From positions 64,001 through 128,000 of the IMG/VR virus record IMGVR_UViG_3300014204_000112: a stretch of DNA of 64,000 bases; one strand, 5' to 3'. The position numbers and the translations under genes were made by a program. Below are positions 1 to 9,617 of this stretch, piece by piece. The notes beneath the pieces are model-generated. The model was not told the origin of the DNA. It made no database searches and saw only the letters and a program-made list of their open reading frames with translations. The stretch's first letter is position 1, and each line of letters begins with the position of its first letter. The DNA is from a virus (lineage: Duplodnaviria; Caudoviricetes).

Positions 1-1
1 C

Positions 2-1153
2 AAGGAGGATCTCAAATCTCTGAGATTAGCTCTGCATACTCTTGACGTTTCTATCGACAGCAACACGACTACTCTTAACAATTCATTGGCCCAATTGACC
101 AATATGAAGGAGGACCTGTCGGTCCTAAAGGATGCTCGTAAAAAGGAACTCGAAGAACGTATCGCTCAATTACAAGCTGACAAAGAACTGTATCAGAAAA
201 ATTACAACGAAATGACGGTAGCCGCGACAGCTTTGGACAAAGCAGTCGCTGCAGCAAGAGAAGCAAGAACAGCAGCCCAGTTGACCATTGCTGATTGGCA
301 GAAGAAGCTTCAGATTTACGAGAGCAATAAGTGCCCGCATTGTTTGTCAGATCTTACTGACGAGGGGCATTCGAAAATAAAGGACGAGATCGTTTGCAAG
401 AAAACCGAACAGGAAAAATTACTCCCAGTCCTTGCTAAAAAGGTTCAGGAAGCAGAGATGACTTTGACAGAAAAGAACGGAGAAAAGGAATTCGCCAGAA
501 ACCAGTTCTACAAGGTCGAAGCTATTCTGACACCATTGAAACGAGAGCTTTCATCCCTGTCGATAGATGAAATCGAAACTGAAGGTTCCGAATACATAAA
601 CGGAGTCATCGAATCGATCAAGAAGACGCTCGAAGAAGCCAGAATCGAAAAAGGCAAGATCTCCGAACAGATCAAGATCTCTCAGGAAATGGAGGACATC
701 CTTTCGGAGAACGGAATGAAACGTCTGCTAATGAGTCAAATCGTTCCAATTCTCAATAAGAAGATCCTAAGAACTGCAAAGATCCTCGATTTTCCATTCG
801 CTTTCGAATTCAACATGGACTTCGATCCTATCATAACCCAATTGGGAATACAGGTTGACATAGACTCTCTTTCTACTGGCGAACAAAAGAAAATGAATCT
901 GATAGTTTTGTTAGGCATCATTGAACTCATCAAGCTAAAGCACCACAGTGTCAATTTGCTATTCCTTGACGAAATATTCTCTTCCCTGGACGTGGAGTCC
1001 ATTTACCAGGTAGTCGACCTGCTGAAAACGTTCTCGAAAAAGTATCGAATGACCGTTTTTGTAATATCGCACGATCCGCTTCCTGAGGAACTATTCGATC
1101 GAAAGCTGTCAGTAAAGAAGATAGATCACTTCTCTGACATAGAATTCTCGTAA
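2..1153 (+). CDS. gp46: SbcC/Rad50-like recombination nuclease ATPase subunit (T4 gp46-like), 5'-truncated by the window edge
   Basis: Frame is open from nt 2; coiled coil with Zn-hook CPHC, ABC signature LSTGE, Walker B LFLDE and H-switch ISH. Confidence 0.92.
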   Translation, partial: KEDLKSLRLALHTLDVSIDSNTTTLNNSLAQLTNMKEDLSVLKDARKKELEERIAQLQADKELYQKNYNEMTVAATALDKAVAAAREARTAAQLTIADWQKKLQIYESNKCPHCLSDLTDEGHSKIKDEIVCKKTEQEKLLPVLAKKVQEAEMTLTEKNGEKEFARNQFYKVEAILTPLKRELSSLSIDEIETEGSEYINGVIESIKKTLEEARIEKGKISEQIKISQEMEDILSENGMKRLLMSQIVPILNKKILRTAKILDFPFAFEFNMDFDPIITQLGIQVDIDSLSTGEQKKMNLIVLLGIIELIKLKHHSVNLLFLDEIFSSLDVESIYQVVDLLKTFSKKYRMTVFVISHDPLPEELFDRKLSVKKIDHFSDIEFS

Positions 1154-1179
1154 ACCGATTCACTACTTTTAAGTAAAAG
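1152..1179 (+). promoter_or_regulatory. Putative early/middle promoter AAAC-N18-TAAAAG
   Basis: The same bipartite motif recurs upstream of several non-structural genes (see findings). Confidence 0.45.
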
Positions 1180-1198
1180 ATCATACAAAAACAGTACG

Positions 1199-2083
1199 AT
1201 GATAGTATTCAAAGCAAAATCATTTGGCGAAGCATATAGGGATTCGCTAGCCCATGTCATGAAATACGGTCCAGAAAATGGTGCCAGAGGCACTAAAAGT
1301 AAGGAAATTTTGGACGTGGCTCTAGTCGTTGAAAATCCCGCACTGTGTCTTTACACTAACCCAGCCAGAAGCTCGCAGTTCAAGTACATCGCTGCAGAGT
1401 TCCTCTGGTATTACATGGGAAGAAAGGATGCAGCTTTCATTACGAAATGGGCCAAATTCTGGGATCAGATAAAGAACGATGACGGATCGTGTAATTCAGC
1501 TTATGGAAATTTGATATTCAACATTAAAAACGAGCACGGAATGTCCCAATACCAATGGGCAATGCTGAGCTTAATGAAGGATCCAAATACCAGGCAAGCT
1601 GTCATGCATTTCAACATGCCGTTACACCAGTACGAAGGAAATAAGGATTTCGTTTGTACGATGTACGTGAACATTCACATTCGTGACAACAAGTTGAATC
1701 TCAAATTGAACATTCGTAGCAATGATGCTCTATGGGGAACCCCAACGGATGCAGCATTCTTCTGTTCATTACAGATGCAAATGCTCAGTCACCTGAGACT
1801 TACCTATCCGGACCTTCAATTAGGAACTTACACGCATGTAGCCGATTCGTATCACGTTTACGACAGGCATTACGAGCTTACCGAGAAAATGTTAGAATCG
1901 GATTTCGTTCCGTGTGAATTACCTCCGGTCATGAATGATCTAATCAATCTCGATGGAACTCCAACTGGAGACCTAATCACTTTATTCAATCACGTTGACA
2001 CAGGAAACCCAGAATTTTTACTTTTCCAGGACGGCGAAGATATTTACAAATGGATTCACACAAACATTACTAAGACAAAATAA
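1199..2083 (+). CDS. Thymidylate synthase-superfamily enzyme, dCMP hydroxymethylase (T4 gp42)-like
   Basis: Motifs NSAYG, DPNTRQA, DFVCT (catalytic Cys), RSNDALWGTPTD (Asp at the dCMP/dUMP specificity position) and HVY. Confidence 0.8.
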   Translation: MIVFKAKSFGEAYRDSLAHVMKYGPENGARGTKSKEILDVALVVENPALCLYTNPARSSQFKYIAAEFLWYYMGRKDAAFITKWAKFWDQIKNDDGSCNSAYGNLIFNIKNEHGMSQYQWAMLSLMKDPNTRQAVMHFNMPLHQYEGNKDFVCTMYVNIHIRDNKLNLKLNIRSNDALWGTPTDAAFFCSLQMQMLSHLRLTYPDLQLGTYTHVADSYHVYDRHYELTEKMLESDFVPCELPPVMNDLINLDGTPTGDLITLFNHVDTGNPEFLLFQDGEDIYKWIHTNITKTK

Positions 2084-2536
2084 ATGGCATCTAGCAGACA
2101 ACCGCTCATCGATCAAGTTTACATGGACATGGCTAAAATTTGGTCGAAATTATCTCATGCTTCGAGAAAGAAAGTAGGAGCATTGATCGTTAAAAATGGC
2201 ACAATCATTTCCGACGGTTACAATGGAACCCCTTCTGGTTTCGAAAATGAATGTGAGGAAGTGCTCAATGACGAACAGGGCAATTTCGTTGGTTATCAGA
2301 CGAAGTGGTACGTTCTTCATGCAGAGGCTAATGCCATCCTAAAGATCGCAAAGTCTACTCAGAGTTGCGAGGGTGCCACCATTTATCTTACCTGTTCTCC
2401 ATGTGCAGAATGTAGCAAACTTATCCTGCAGGCAGGAATTAAAAGATTGGTCTATGACGAAGAGTATCGGGATCTAACCGGTTTACAGCTTCTTCAGAGG
2501 GCAGGAATCGAAATCAAAAAAATGGAAAATGGATGA
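2084..2536 (+). CDS. dCMP deaminase
   Basis: Motifs VGALIV, GYNGTP, HAEANA and the zinc motif PCAEC. Confidence 0.95.
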   Translation: MASSRQPLIDQVYMDMAKIWSKLSHASRKKVGALIVKNGTIISDGYNGTPSGFENECEEVLNDEQGNFVGYQTKWYVLHAEANAILKIAKSTQSCEGATIYLTCSPCAECSKLILQAGIKRLVYDEEYRDLTGLQLLQRAGIEIKKMENG

Positions 2537-2934
2537 TCGACGAAACTACTCGTGTACTACAAATTGTTTTCGTAAGTGATCAGAAACAATTCATTCAAGT
2601 ACTACAGAAAAAAAGAAAATCAGATTATTTACTGAATGTCAATAAAATAATACGGGACAAGTTTGGCCATGAAATCGTGGTTCCGAATAAGATCCAAGCA
2701 TTCTTGATCAATTACGAGATTAAGAAAATCATTGACAAAGCAGTAAACGTTCGGAACCGTAAGTACGAGAGAATCGTTTACATCAATTCGAATTTAACGC
2801 CAAATACGATACTGAACACAATTGACTTTCTGACTAGCACGTATGGAGAGGTTCATTTCGAACCATTGTTAATCGATTTGGAAGAGGACATTTCTCCGCA
2901 TATCAACATAAAGACAATAAAAAAGGGGCTATAA
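2533..2934 (+). CDS. Hypothetical protein
   Basis: ATGA overlap with the upstream gene; 133 aa. Confidence 0.7.
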   Translation: MIDETTRVLQIVFVSDQKQFIQVLQKKRKSDYLLNVNKIIRDKFGHEIVVPNKIQAFLINYEIKKIIDKAVNVRNRKYERIVYINSNLTPNTILNTIDFLTSTYGEVHFEPLLIDLEEDISPHINIKTIKKGL

Positions 2935-2948
2935 AGCCCCTTTCTTTT
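2920..2948. terminator. Bidirectional intrinsic terminator
   Basis: aaaaggggct-ataa-agcccctttt between convergent genes. Confidence 0.85.
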
Positions 2949-2967
2949 TATCTATTGAGTTCCTGAG

Positions 2968-3669
2968 TTATGCTCCAGTCTGATCGTCTTCCTGTCCGGG
3001 TTCGGTTCCTTCGTCTTCCTTAGGCTCTCCACCTTCTTCTTCGTCTTCAGGTTTGCAAATCTTCTCGACTGCTGCACACAATAAGTCGCAAACTGCGTCC
3101 TTTTCGATTTCCATTTCTTCGGCGATTTTGTCGATGAGCTCATTGAGATCATCTCCGAATTCGTCCATTACTTTTTCTAACTGTTCTTCGTCTACTTCGT
3201 AGCCAAGATCAGGAGTTTCTTCGGTGTTGTCACCGCCCATTGCGCCAAGGTCATCAACAGGTTCTTCAGCTTCATTTGGCATCTGATTCATCTCGTCGAA
3301 GTTTTCGTTCACGAATTGTTCAAATCTCATGATTCTACCTTCTTCTACGGACTCGGTTGCGATTGTTGGTTTTGCGTACATAACTTCAGTTGGTTTTTTC
3401 TTTGCGTCTCTGGATACTTTGTCACGGGTGACTGCTTTCCACGTGGTATCGTAATTTGGCTGATTCATTTCTTCTCCAGTTTGCGGGTTATGCAAATTTC
3501 CTTCGAAGTCACGATTTCGTTGCACTATTCTTTGATATTTATTCAAGGACTTGCGCTTATTTCCCTCGAAATCACTTTTTTCATTGGGTCCACCAAAAGG
3601 AGGTTTCTTTGGGTCCATGTACTGGTCCATTGATGGGTGGTCTCTCCTATTTACATCGAACATGTCCAT
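2968..3669 (-). CDS. Acidic hypothetical protein, probable internal head protein
   Basis: Internal motif RIMRFEQFVNE and a Glu/Asp-rich C-terminus; downstream of the tail tube gene. Confidence 0.65.
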   Translation of the reverse strand: MDMFDVNRRDHPSMDQYMDPKKPPFGGPNEKSDFEGNKRKSLNKYQRIVQRNRDFEGNLHNPQTGEEMNQPNYDTTWKAVTRDKVSRDAKKKPTEVMYAKPTIATESVEEGRIMRFEQFVNENFDEMNQMPNEAEEPVDDLGAMGGDNTEETPDLGYEVDEEQLEKVMDEFGDDLNELIDKIAEEMEIEKDAVCDLLCAAVEKICKPEDEEEGGEPKEDEGTEPGQEDDQTGA

Positions 3670-3687
3670 TTCTTATATCTTAATTTT

Positions 3688-4290
3688 TTACTGACCAACT
3701 CTGGTTTCGACGTAACGGTCAGCAACGAACGGAACAGTTAGGGTAGCGATCTGATCCTGTAAGTAATCTAACTGAAGTTCATTGAACTTTGCAGTATCGA
3801 GGAACACTGGAGAGAATACGAATTCCCTGTAAATCAAACCGGCCTTATTGAACATCGTTATCTGAACGATAGCTGGGTTAGCACTCGAACCTGCGTAATC
3901 ACGTTTTAGTCCCTGAGCACCGGTCATAGGATCGTAGATCAAATTTGCCCATGCTCTGAATGCATTGTAAATGTAGTTGTCGTTATCGTCATTCAAGTTC
4001 AATGAGAATTCGATTGTAAACTTCGACAACGTGGTTGCAGGTTTTGCAGCAGAGTATGCTCTTTCTGCAAACTTGTACCTCTGAACCTGTAGAGGACCTC
4101 CAGCATTACCGGAAAGTTCAGGTAATGGCCCAACCTTATTAACATGCTCCAAACTGAGGTTGTTGTTGAATCCAATCTTAGTCGAAACTGCCGGTGGAGG
4201 GGTAATTATTACTTCAAACTGGTTGAGGTATAACGGTTCGTATCTTCCAGGACCAGCTGTGTGATTTTTGAAATGAGGTAGACCAGCCAT
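3688..4290 (-). CDS. gp19: Tail tube protein (gp19-like)
   Basis: Pattern EP..NQFEV, W..LIYDP.TG..GLKRDY, LDY and F..D typical of T4-like tube proteins; 200 aa; ATAAATA upstream. Confidence 0.8.
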   Translation of the reverse strand: MAGLPHFKNHTAGPGRYEPLYLNQFEVIITPPPAVSTKIGFNNNLSLEHVNKVGPLPELSGNAGGPLQVQRYKFAERAYSAAKPATTLSKFTIEFSLNLNDDNDNYIYNAFRAWANLIYDPMTGAQGLKRDYAGSSANPAIVQITMFNKAGLIYREFVFSPVFLDTAKFNELQLDYLQDQIATLTVPFVADRYVETRVGQ

Positions 4291-4356
4291 CTTGTATTGT
4301 GTTTTTTGTTTATTTATTTATTCGTGTCTTAATGAATTCCATGAGGATGAAAGTTA

Positions 4357-5274
4357 CTACTCTTTCTTAGTCACGTGTTTCCTGTTTTTATATATCTCCT
4401 GTTTTACTCGAGCAAAACGTTCTTCTTCCCTGCTCACACGTATGCCGCTCATGAATTTCAACTTATCGCGATACTCAACTTCTTCTTCGGATTTAGGAGT
4501 CACGTGCTTTTCACCGACTGTGAACGTTAAGTCAAGAGTAGGAAGAACTTGCACTAGCAGATTCATTTCGTCTTTGGTTGTGAACTCGTCAATTTCCATC
4601 CGTTTGGATGCCATCAGGCCAGTTTTAACTTCTAGCCATATCCTTTTCGAGTTGTCCAAAGTTTCGTCTCCTAGCTTACGCACTAAGTTTTCCGAGATCT
4701 TATGCCGTATCCTAACGTTTGCACTGGACACCTGGCAGTCTATCATTCGTATCTTCTCACCATGAACTATCACGGTGTACGTCTCGGGTCCCTTGGAATC
4801 AGCAGGCTCATTAGTTTTAGCAGGTTCATTAGTTACCTCATCTTTCGGATTGGGTGAACCAGGAGCGCTTGGTTTGCTAGGTTCGCTTGGTTGATTCACA
4901 GGTTTCTGTGGAACGGTTGGAACCTGAGATACTGGCGCTTCTACTTTTTGAATAGCAGTAGGTCCAGTGGTCTGCAGAGCAGTGTTTTCGACAGAACCGA
5001 GCATAGCTTTTGCTTCGGAAACGTTTCTGAATTTTGCATCGATCACGGCATTTATCTGTTTTAGGAGAGTAGTTAGCGTATCAATTGACGTGTACTTGTA
5101 ATAGGTGGCCAGACCCTGAGCCTTGGTGTAATGCAGATCTGGATAAACGGAGGTTTCGTGCAGCGTTATTTCCTGATCGGTCTGATCCCACGTGGGCTGT
5201 TGTCCAACTCCTGTGCTTTTCCAAGTTATCTTGAAACTAGCAATGGATTCAGCAATTACTCCGTTCCCTATCAT
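4357..5274 (-). CDS. Hypothetical two-domain protein with a Pro/Thr-rich linker
   Basis: 305-aa ORF in the late operon. Confidence 0.7.
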   Translation of the reverse strand: MIGNGVIAESIASFKITWKSTGVGQQPTWDQTDQEITLHETSVYPDLHYTKAQGLATYYKYTSIDTLTTLLKQINAVIDAKFRNVSEAKAMLGSVENTALQTTGPTAIQKVEAPVSQVPTVPQKPVNQPSEPSKPSAPGSPNPKDEVTNEPAKTNEPADSKGPETYTVIVHGEKIRMIDCQVSSANVRIRHKISENLVRKLGDETLDNSKRIWLEVKTGLMASKRMEIDEFTTKDEMNLLVQVLPTLDLTFTVGEKHVTPKSEEEVEYRDKLKFMSGIRVSREEERFARVKQEIYKNRKHVTKKE

Positions 5275-5277
5275 TTA

Positions 5278-5610
5278 TTATCCGATTTCTTTGTCACCCC
5301 GAAATTCTTTACCCTTGTTGGATTTCTTTTTCTTAGGATCGACAGGTTTGTAATTCGCCCAAATCTCATTGTAGATTCGGCAGGAAGCTCCCATGAAGTT
5401 AACGATACCGATGTATTTCTTTCGGTCGTCTCCGTGCATTTTAGAGATCTTCTTTCCGATCGTCCGAGCATCGCCGAGATCGAGTTCTTCGTCGTCGGCT
5501 TTTCCAACTAGGTCCTTAAGGGAATTTTCTTCCCTAACGGGCTCTACTGGAACCATCGACGTCGAAAAGGACTCAAACGTTTGGTGCACTTTATTTGACG
5601 GCTTGGTCAT
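5278..5610 (-). CDS. Hypothetical protein
   Basis: N-terminal KVHQTFESF motif; lies in the operon. Confidence 0.65.
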   Translation of the reverse strand: MTKPSNKVHQTFESFSTSMVPVEPVREENSLKDLVGKADDEELDLGDARTIGKKISKMHGDDRKKYIGIVNFMGASCRIYNEIWANYKPVDPKKKKSNKGKEFRGDKEIG

Positions 5611-5620
5611 CGTGAGATTA

Positions 5621-6037
5621 TTATTTTTTGTAGGACGATACCTTCTTTACCTGAGGATTAGGTGTAACTTTTCCGATTGGGAGGTTTGCCATGTTAGGCT
5701 TCACTTCTTTCGAAAGAGGTTTTCCCTTGATGACCAGGTTTGTATTGGCCTCGGTTGCTACCATTTTCTTTGGTTCGGAACCCTTTTTCGTAGGAAGAGC
5801 AGTCGTACCGGTTTTCACGCTTTTCGAAGGAACACTACCCTTACCCTTAGGCATGTCAGCCATTTCAGGTTTTACGGTTTTTGTGGTTGCTTTTCCTTTA
5901 CCAGCTGGAAGGGCAGAAGTTTCAGTGCCTACTGACTTCGTGATTTGTTTACCTTTAGCGGGCGCTCCCTTAGAAAGTTCTTGGTTCATCTTTTTTTCCA
6001 AAAGATATTCCTCATAACTTAAAACTGACTTTGACAT
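5621..6037 (-). CDS. Lys-rich repeat protein, possible DNA-condensing internal protein
   Basis: N-terminal VLSYEEYLLE followed by about six ~19-aa (L/M)PxxKG repeats. Confidence 0.65.
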   Translation of the reverse strand: MSKSVLSYEEYLLEKKMNQELSKGAPAKGKQITKSVGTETSALPAGKGKATTKTVKPEMADMPKGKGSVPSKSVKTGTTALPTKKGSEPKKMVATEANTNLVIKGKPLSKEVKPNMANLPIGKVTPNPQVKKVSSYKK

Positions 6038-6075
6038 GTCGATTTCATTATTTTATGCGATTGATTCTCGCTAGG

Positions 6076-7788
6076 TTATTTATCAATGCTTGGTTGATAA
6101 TTCTTAGTAAATAGCCAGTTGCCGCATTCGAACGTTCTATAACGACCAGCATCGTGCATTATTTCAACTGCCGTCCTGGTGTCAGTGGAGTCCTTATCCA
6201 CCAGTTTATGCTTCATGAAGTTCATACGATTCATACGAATGCCGTCGATTACCCATGAATGACTTGACGTTCTTCTTTCCAGGATGAATCCTAATTTTGA
6301 ATAGACTGATCTAGTAGGATCCGGCGATATGTCTATGTCACAGTAGCTTATCAAGGTCTCTGGATTGAATTCGCGAACGAACGCTGTAAGAAGTTTTGAT
6401 GCTCCGCCAATTACCGATATTCCCAATTTGGTGCAAAGTCTATCGACTTCCCAGCGTTCATTTTTTCTAGTAAACGTCATGACTGAAGCTAGTCCAGCTT
6501 TATCGCTAAGACCGAAGGCAACTGTGCAGTATTTTCCGCCTTTTAGGTGATTTTCCTCACAGAACGAATATGCTGTTGAATTCGGTATTCTCGAGCATTC
6601 GTACTTCCGAGCGTACGTTACTGCTGATTTGCCCAACCAATTCAGGATCATGCTTTTTACGATCGCCGGTTTTAATTTCCAATCGTCCTCCCAAACGTTG
6701 AATATTCGTATACCACTCGATAATGCTCTTTGACTTTTATCGAAATGATACTCTTCCGATTTTTCCATCTCGCTATGCCAGTACGTACCGTTTACTTCTA
6801 TTCCGATTTTTAAGTCCTTAACGTATATGTCAATTTCCGATTTTTTTAGAACGGACTTGCAATTCAGTAGAATTTCGTTAGCCTCGTAATTTTCAATGAC
6901 GAAATTTGCAATTTGCTTCTCCAAATTGGAACTCATTGAAATGACTGATCTATTGCAAATTATGCAAGGATCAATGTTCATTCGGAGTTTGGAATTCACA
7001 GTACAACCGGCTGCTATGAACTCTCCACCGCATCTATCACATTTTAACTTGTACGTTTGTGTTTGTGGTAAGTATTCAACGATCGACATTTCGAATTTTG
7101 CAAGCTTCTCATTGGCGATCCGCATTGACGTTCGTTTATTTGAAACTTGTATTTTCTCTATGATACCTCTATTTTTTGCTGCGTTTTCGAAACCATATAC
7201 TTTAATATTGGTTAGTTTGGTTTTTTCCAGACTGAACATATTTATCGTTCCATTTCGATCCATTGTTGTTCTCTGCTGACGATCATGTATTTCTTTATTC
7301 TGTAAGGCATGCTTTACTCCATATAATTTCATTGAGGTTTTTTCACCAGTTTCGCGAAGTGTACCCTTCCAATTATGGTCTACTCCATACAAGGCAAGCA
7401 TGGTTTTTTTATACTGATCCTTTGTTGATTGTAACTTAGTTGGATGGTCGACTCCGTACTTAATGAATGTGTTTTTGCGTAACGTGCTTAACCGATTGAT
7501 ACTGATACATTCCTTAGCTCCACATGTCTTAGCGTATCCCTTGGAATAATTGATAAACGCTTTCAATTTTCCACACGTGCATAGACCTGATGTCTTTGGA
7601 TTTGAAATAGTATACAAAATTTGGTGAGGGTCATCTGGTACCTGCAATCTATTAGACAAAAACTTTCGTAGGTTTGAATTATTTCGTATTATCGATAGCT
7701 CTTTTTGTATTCTTATGTTCTGCTCTTTTTTTTGAATGAGCGACTCTGTTAAGTATTGTAGGTATCCATTATTGTCCAGGGGTTTCAT
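6076..7788 (-). mobile_element. Free-standing homing endonuclease gene, Hef-like (PD-(D/E)XK/Vsr-type)
   Basis: KYGV(D/E)HP-type repeats, CxxC pairs, EIDIY..IGIEVNGTYWH and WEDDW; AT-rich; downstream of the major capsid gene. Confidence 0.85.
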
Positions 7789-7794
7789 ATCGCC

Positions 7795-7830
7795 GATAAT
7801 TAGGTTTTAATTTATTTATACTAAATATCG
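7795..7830 (-). promoter_or_regulatory. Late promoter TATAAATA (7813-7820) in the loop of an imperfect hairpin upstream of the endonuclease
   Basis: Minus strand reads cgatatttag-TATAAATAaattaaaac-ctaattatcg. Confidence 0.65.
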
Positions 7831-7850
7831 TGTAATTTTTGCAAATTCAC

Positions 7851-7883
7851 ATGAAAAAAGCTCCACATGGGAGCTTTTTTCAT
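7851..7883 (-). terminator. Intrinsic terminator after the major capsid gene
   Basis: atgaaaaaagctcc-acatg-ggagcttttttcat. Confidence 0.85.
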
Positions 7884-7908
7884 ATATCAATTAAGATTTA
7901 GTATCGGT

Positions 7909-9600
7909 TTAGTATCCAGTTGAAGGAGCAACTGAACCAGTAAGTACGCCAAGACCGTTAACGGTAATGGTGATGTACTGGGTTTCAGGATGCCAACCTG
8001 CTTCTGTGATAGCGTACCTTGATTTCAAACCAATCTTTGGTGAGAAGGTACCTTCTGCGATTGTCTGGAGAGATTCTGCCATGATGTATGGGAGGAACTT
8101 AATACCAGGTTCTTCGTCAGCGCCCTTACGAGCGATGTGGATACGGTTGTCACCGAATTTCAGGTTAGGATCAACGTACACGGTAAGTCCGTGAACTTTA
8201 CCAGCTGGGTAAAGCTGACCAGGTCCCGAAGGAAGGTCATTGTTGAATGGAGCGAATGTGTAACCTGCTACGTCAGCAAGAGCTGAAGCAACACGACCGT
8301 TGGTTACGATGTGGGTTGCGGCACCGAAACGACCCCTGTGGTAAATAAGGTTAGCCATTTCGAGGATCTTCGTAACAACCCTACGCTGTAGCGTTGAGAT
8401 GTTTTCGAATCCGGAACCTACTGTTAGGTCGAGGTTGGTAATACCCGAACCCTCAATTGCATTGATGTTCGTTGTGTGAGCTGCGCCGAGGACGAAGCAA
8501 CGGTCAACCAATTTCTTGTTGATCGACTGAGCAACTTCGTTAACTGCAACGTTTTCCAACATGGAAATAACGTCAAAGTTCCATACGCGGTTGAGGTCCT
8601 GGATCTGCTCAACGGTTGCTGAGATAGCTACCTGATCACCTTTAGCTTCGATGAACTTGGTGAACATTTTGAGACCCATCTGGCGGAACTTGCTTACTTC
8701 AGCAACTTCCCTCTTCATTCCTTCGATCTGCGTGCCGTTTGCACCGAGGTAAGGACCATTCCATGCATCAGTTGCATAGTTGTCATCGCTCGATGTGGTG
8801 AAACCAGAAATATGGTTTTCCAGTGCGGATGCAAGACCGGGAGTGTTAGCTGCTAGCAGGGTGTAGGTCTTTACGACTGCTGCACCACCGATAGTAATGG
8901 TAGTAAATACTTCGCCGGTTTTAACGTAGTCGTTGATCTTCTTCGTTCCGTCACTACCGTCGCTGACGACTTTCCACATACCGACTCCGTCAACACGTGA
9001 GAAGCCGATGAATGAAAGGGTTAGAGCGTTACTATCAACCGTAATGGTTGCGGTATCGCCGCTGATAAGCTGTGAGAAGGTTCCACCTGCTGTAAGAACA
9101 GTGTCTCCCTTTACTGCTTCGATCTTAATTACGAATGGATCGTACTGCTGATCGAGGTTACCACCCTGGTACACGTAGTCCAGATATGGAAGGAATCCGA
9201 CAGGAGCGTCCATAGGAACAACTCCTACGAGGTCGAAACCGATTGTTTTTGCTGCTACCTGAATTGCTACAGGAAGTAAGCTAGGGAACTTGTCACCGGA
9301 ACCTGAGTTCGAGTAACTCTGTTTTGCACCGCCGATGAATGGGGTCATAGTGTTAACAGGAGCATGAATGCTACCCATTGCACTGATGGAACCAGGCTGC
9401 TGAAGGAATAAACCAGGGGCTACGGATTCGTTAACTGGCGAACCAGTGTTGTCGAAGATTGCATGGTAGTGAGCTACGTCAACTAACCAAGGGCGACTCT
9501 TCATAACTGCTGCGTCTGCACCATAACTCTCCAAAACAGGTATCCAAGTATCCTTGATTGACTGATCATTCAGTCTCTTGAAAATTCTTGTTGTTGCCAT
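7909..9600 (-). CDS. gp23: Major capsid protein (gp23-like)
   Basis: Motifs DLVGVVPM, TVEQIQDL, EVAQSINK, YVDP, PYIMAES and FSPKIGLKSRYA; VNES maturation-like site; strongly biased codon usage. Confidence 0.93.
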   Translation of the reverse strand: MATTRIFKRLNDQSIKDTWIPVLESYGADAAVMKSRPWLVDVAHYHAIFDNTGSPVNESVAPGLFLQQPGSISAMGSIHAPVNTMTPFIGGAKQSYSNSGSGDKFPSLLPVAIQVAAKTIGFDLVGVVPMDAPVGFLPYLDYVYQGGNLDQQYDPFVIKIEAVKGDTVLTAGGTFSQLISGDTATITVDSNALTLSFIGFSRVDGVGMWKVVSDGSDGTKKINDYVKTGEVFTTITIGGAAVVKTYTLLAANTPGLASALENHISGFTTSSDDNYATDAWNGPYLGANGTQIEGMKREVAEVSKFRQMGLKMFTKFIEAKGDQVAISATVEQIQDLNRVWNFDVISMLENVAVNEVAQSINKKLVDRCFVLGAAHTTNINAIEGSGITNLDLTVGSGFENISTLQRRVVTKILEMANLIYHRGRFGAATHIVTNGRVASALADVAGYTFAPFNNDLPSGPGQLYPAGKVHGLTVYVDPNLKFGDNRIHIARKGADEEPGIKFLPYIMAESLQTIAEGTFSPKIGLKSRYAITEAGWHPETQYITITVNGLGVLTGSVAPSTGY

Positions 9601-9617
9601 TTGTTTTTGAGGCTTTT

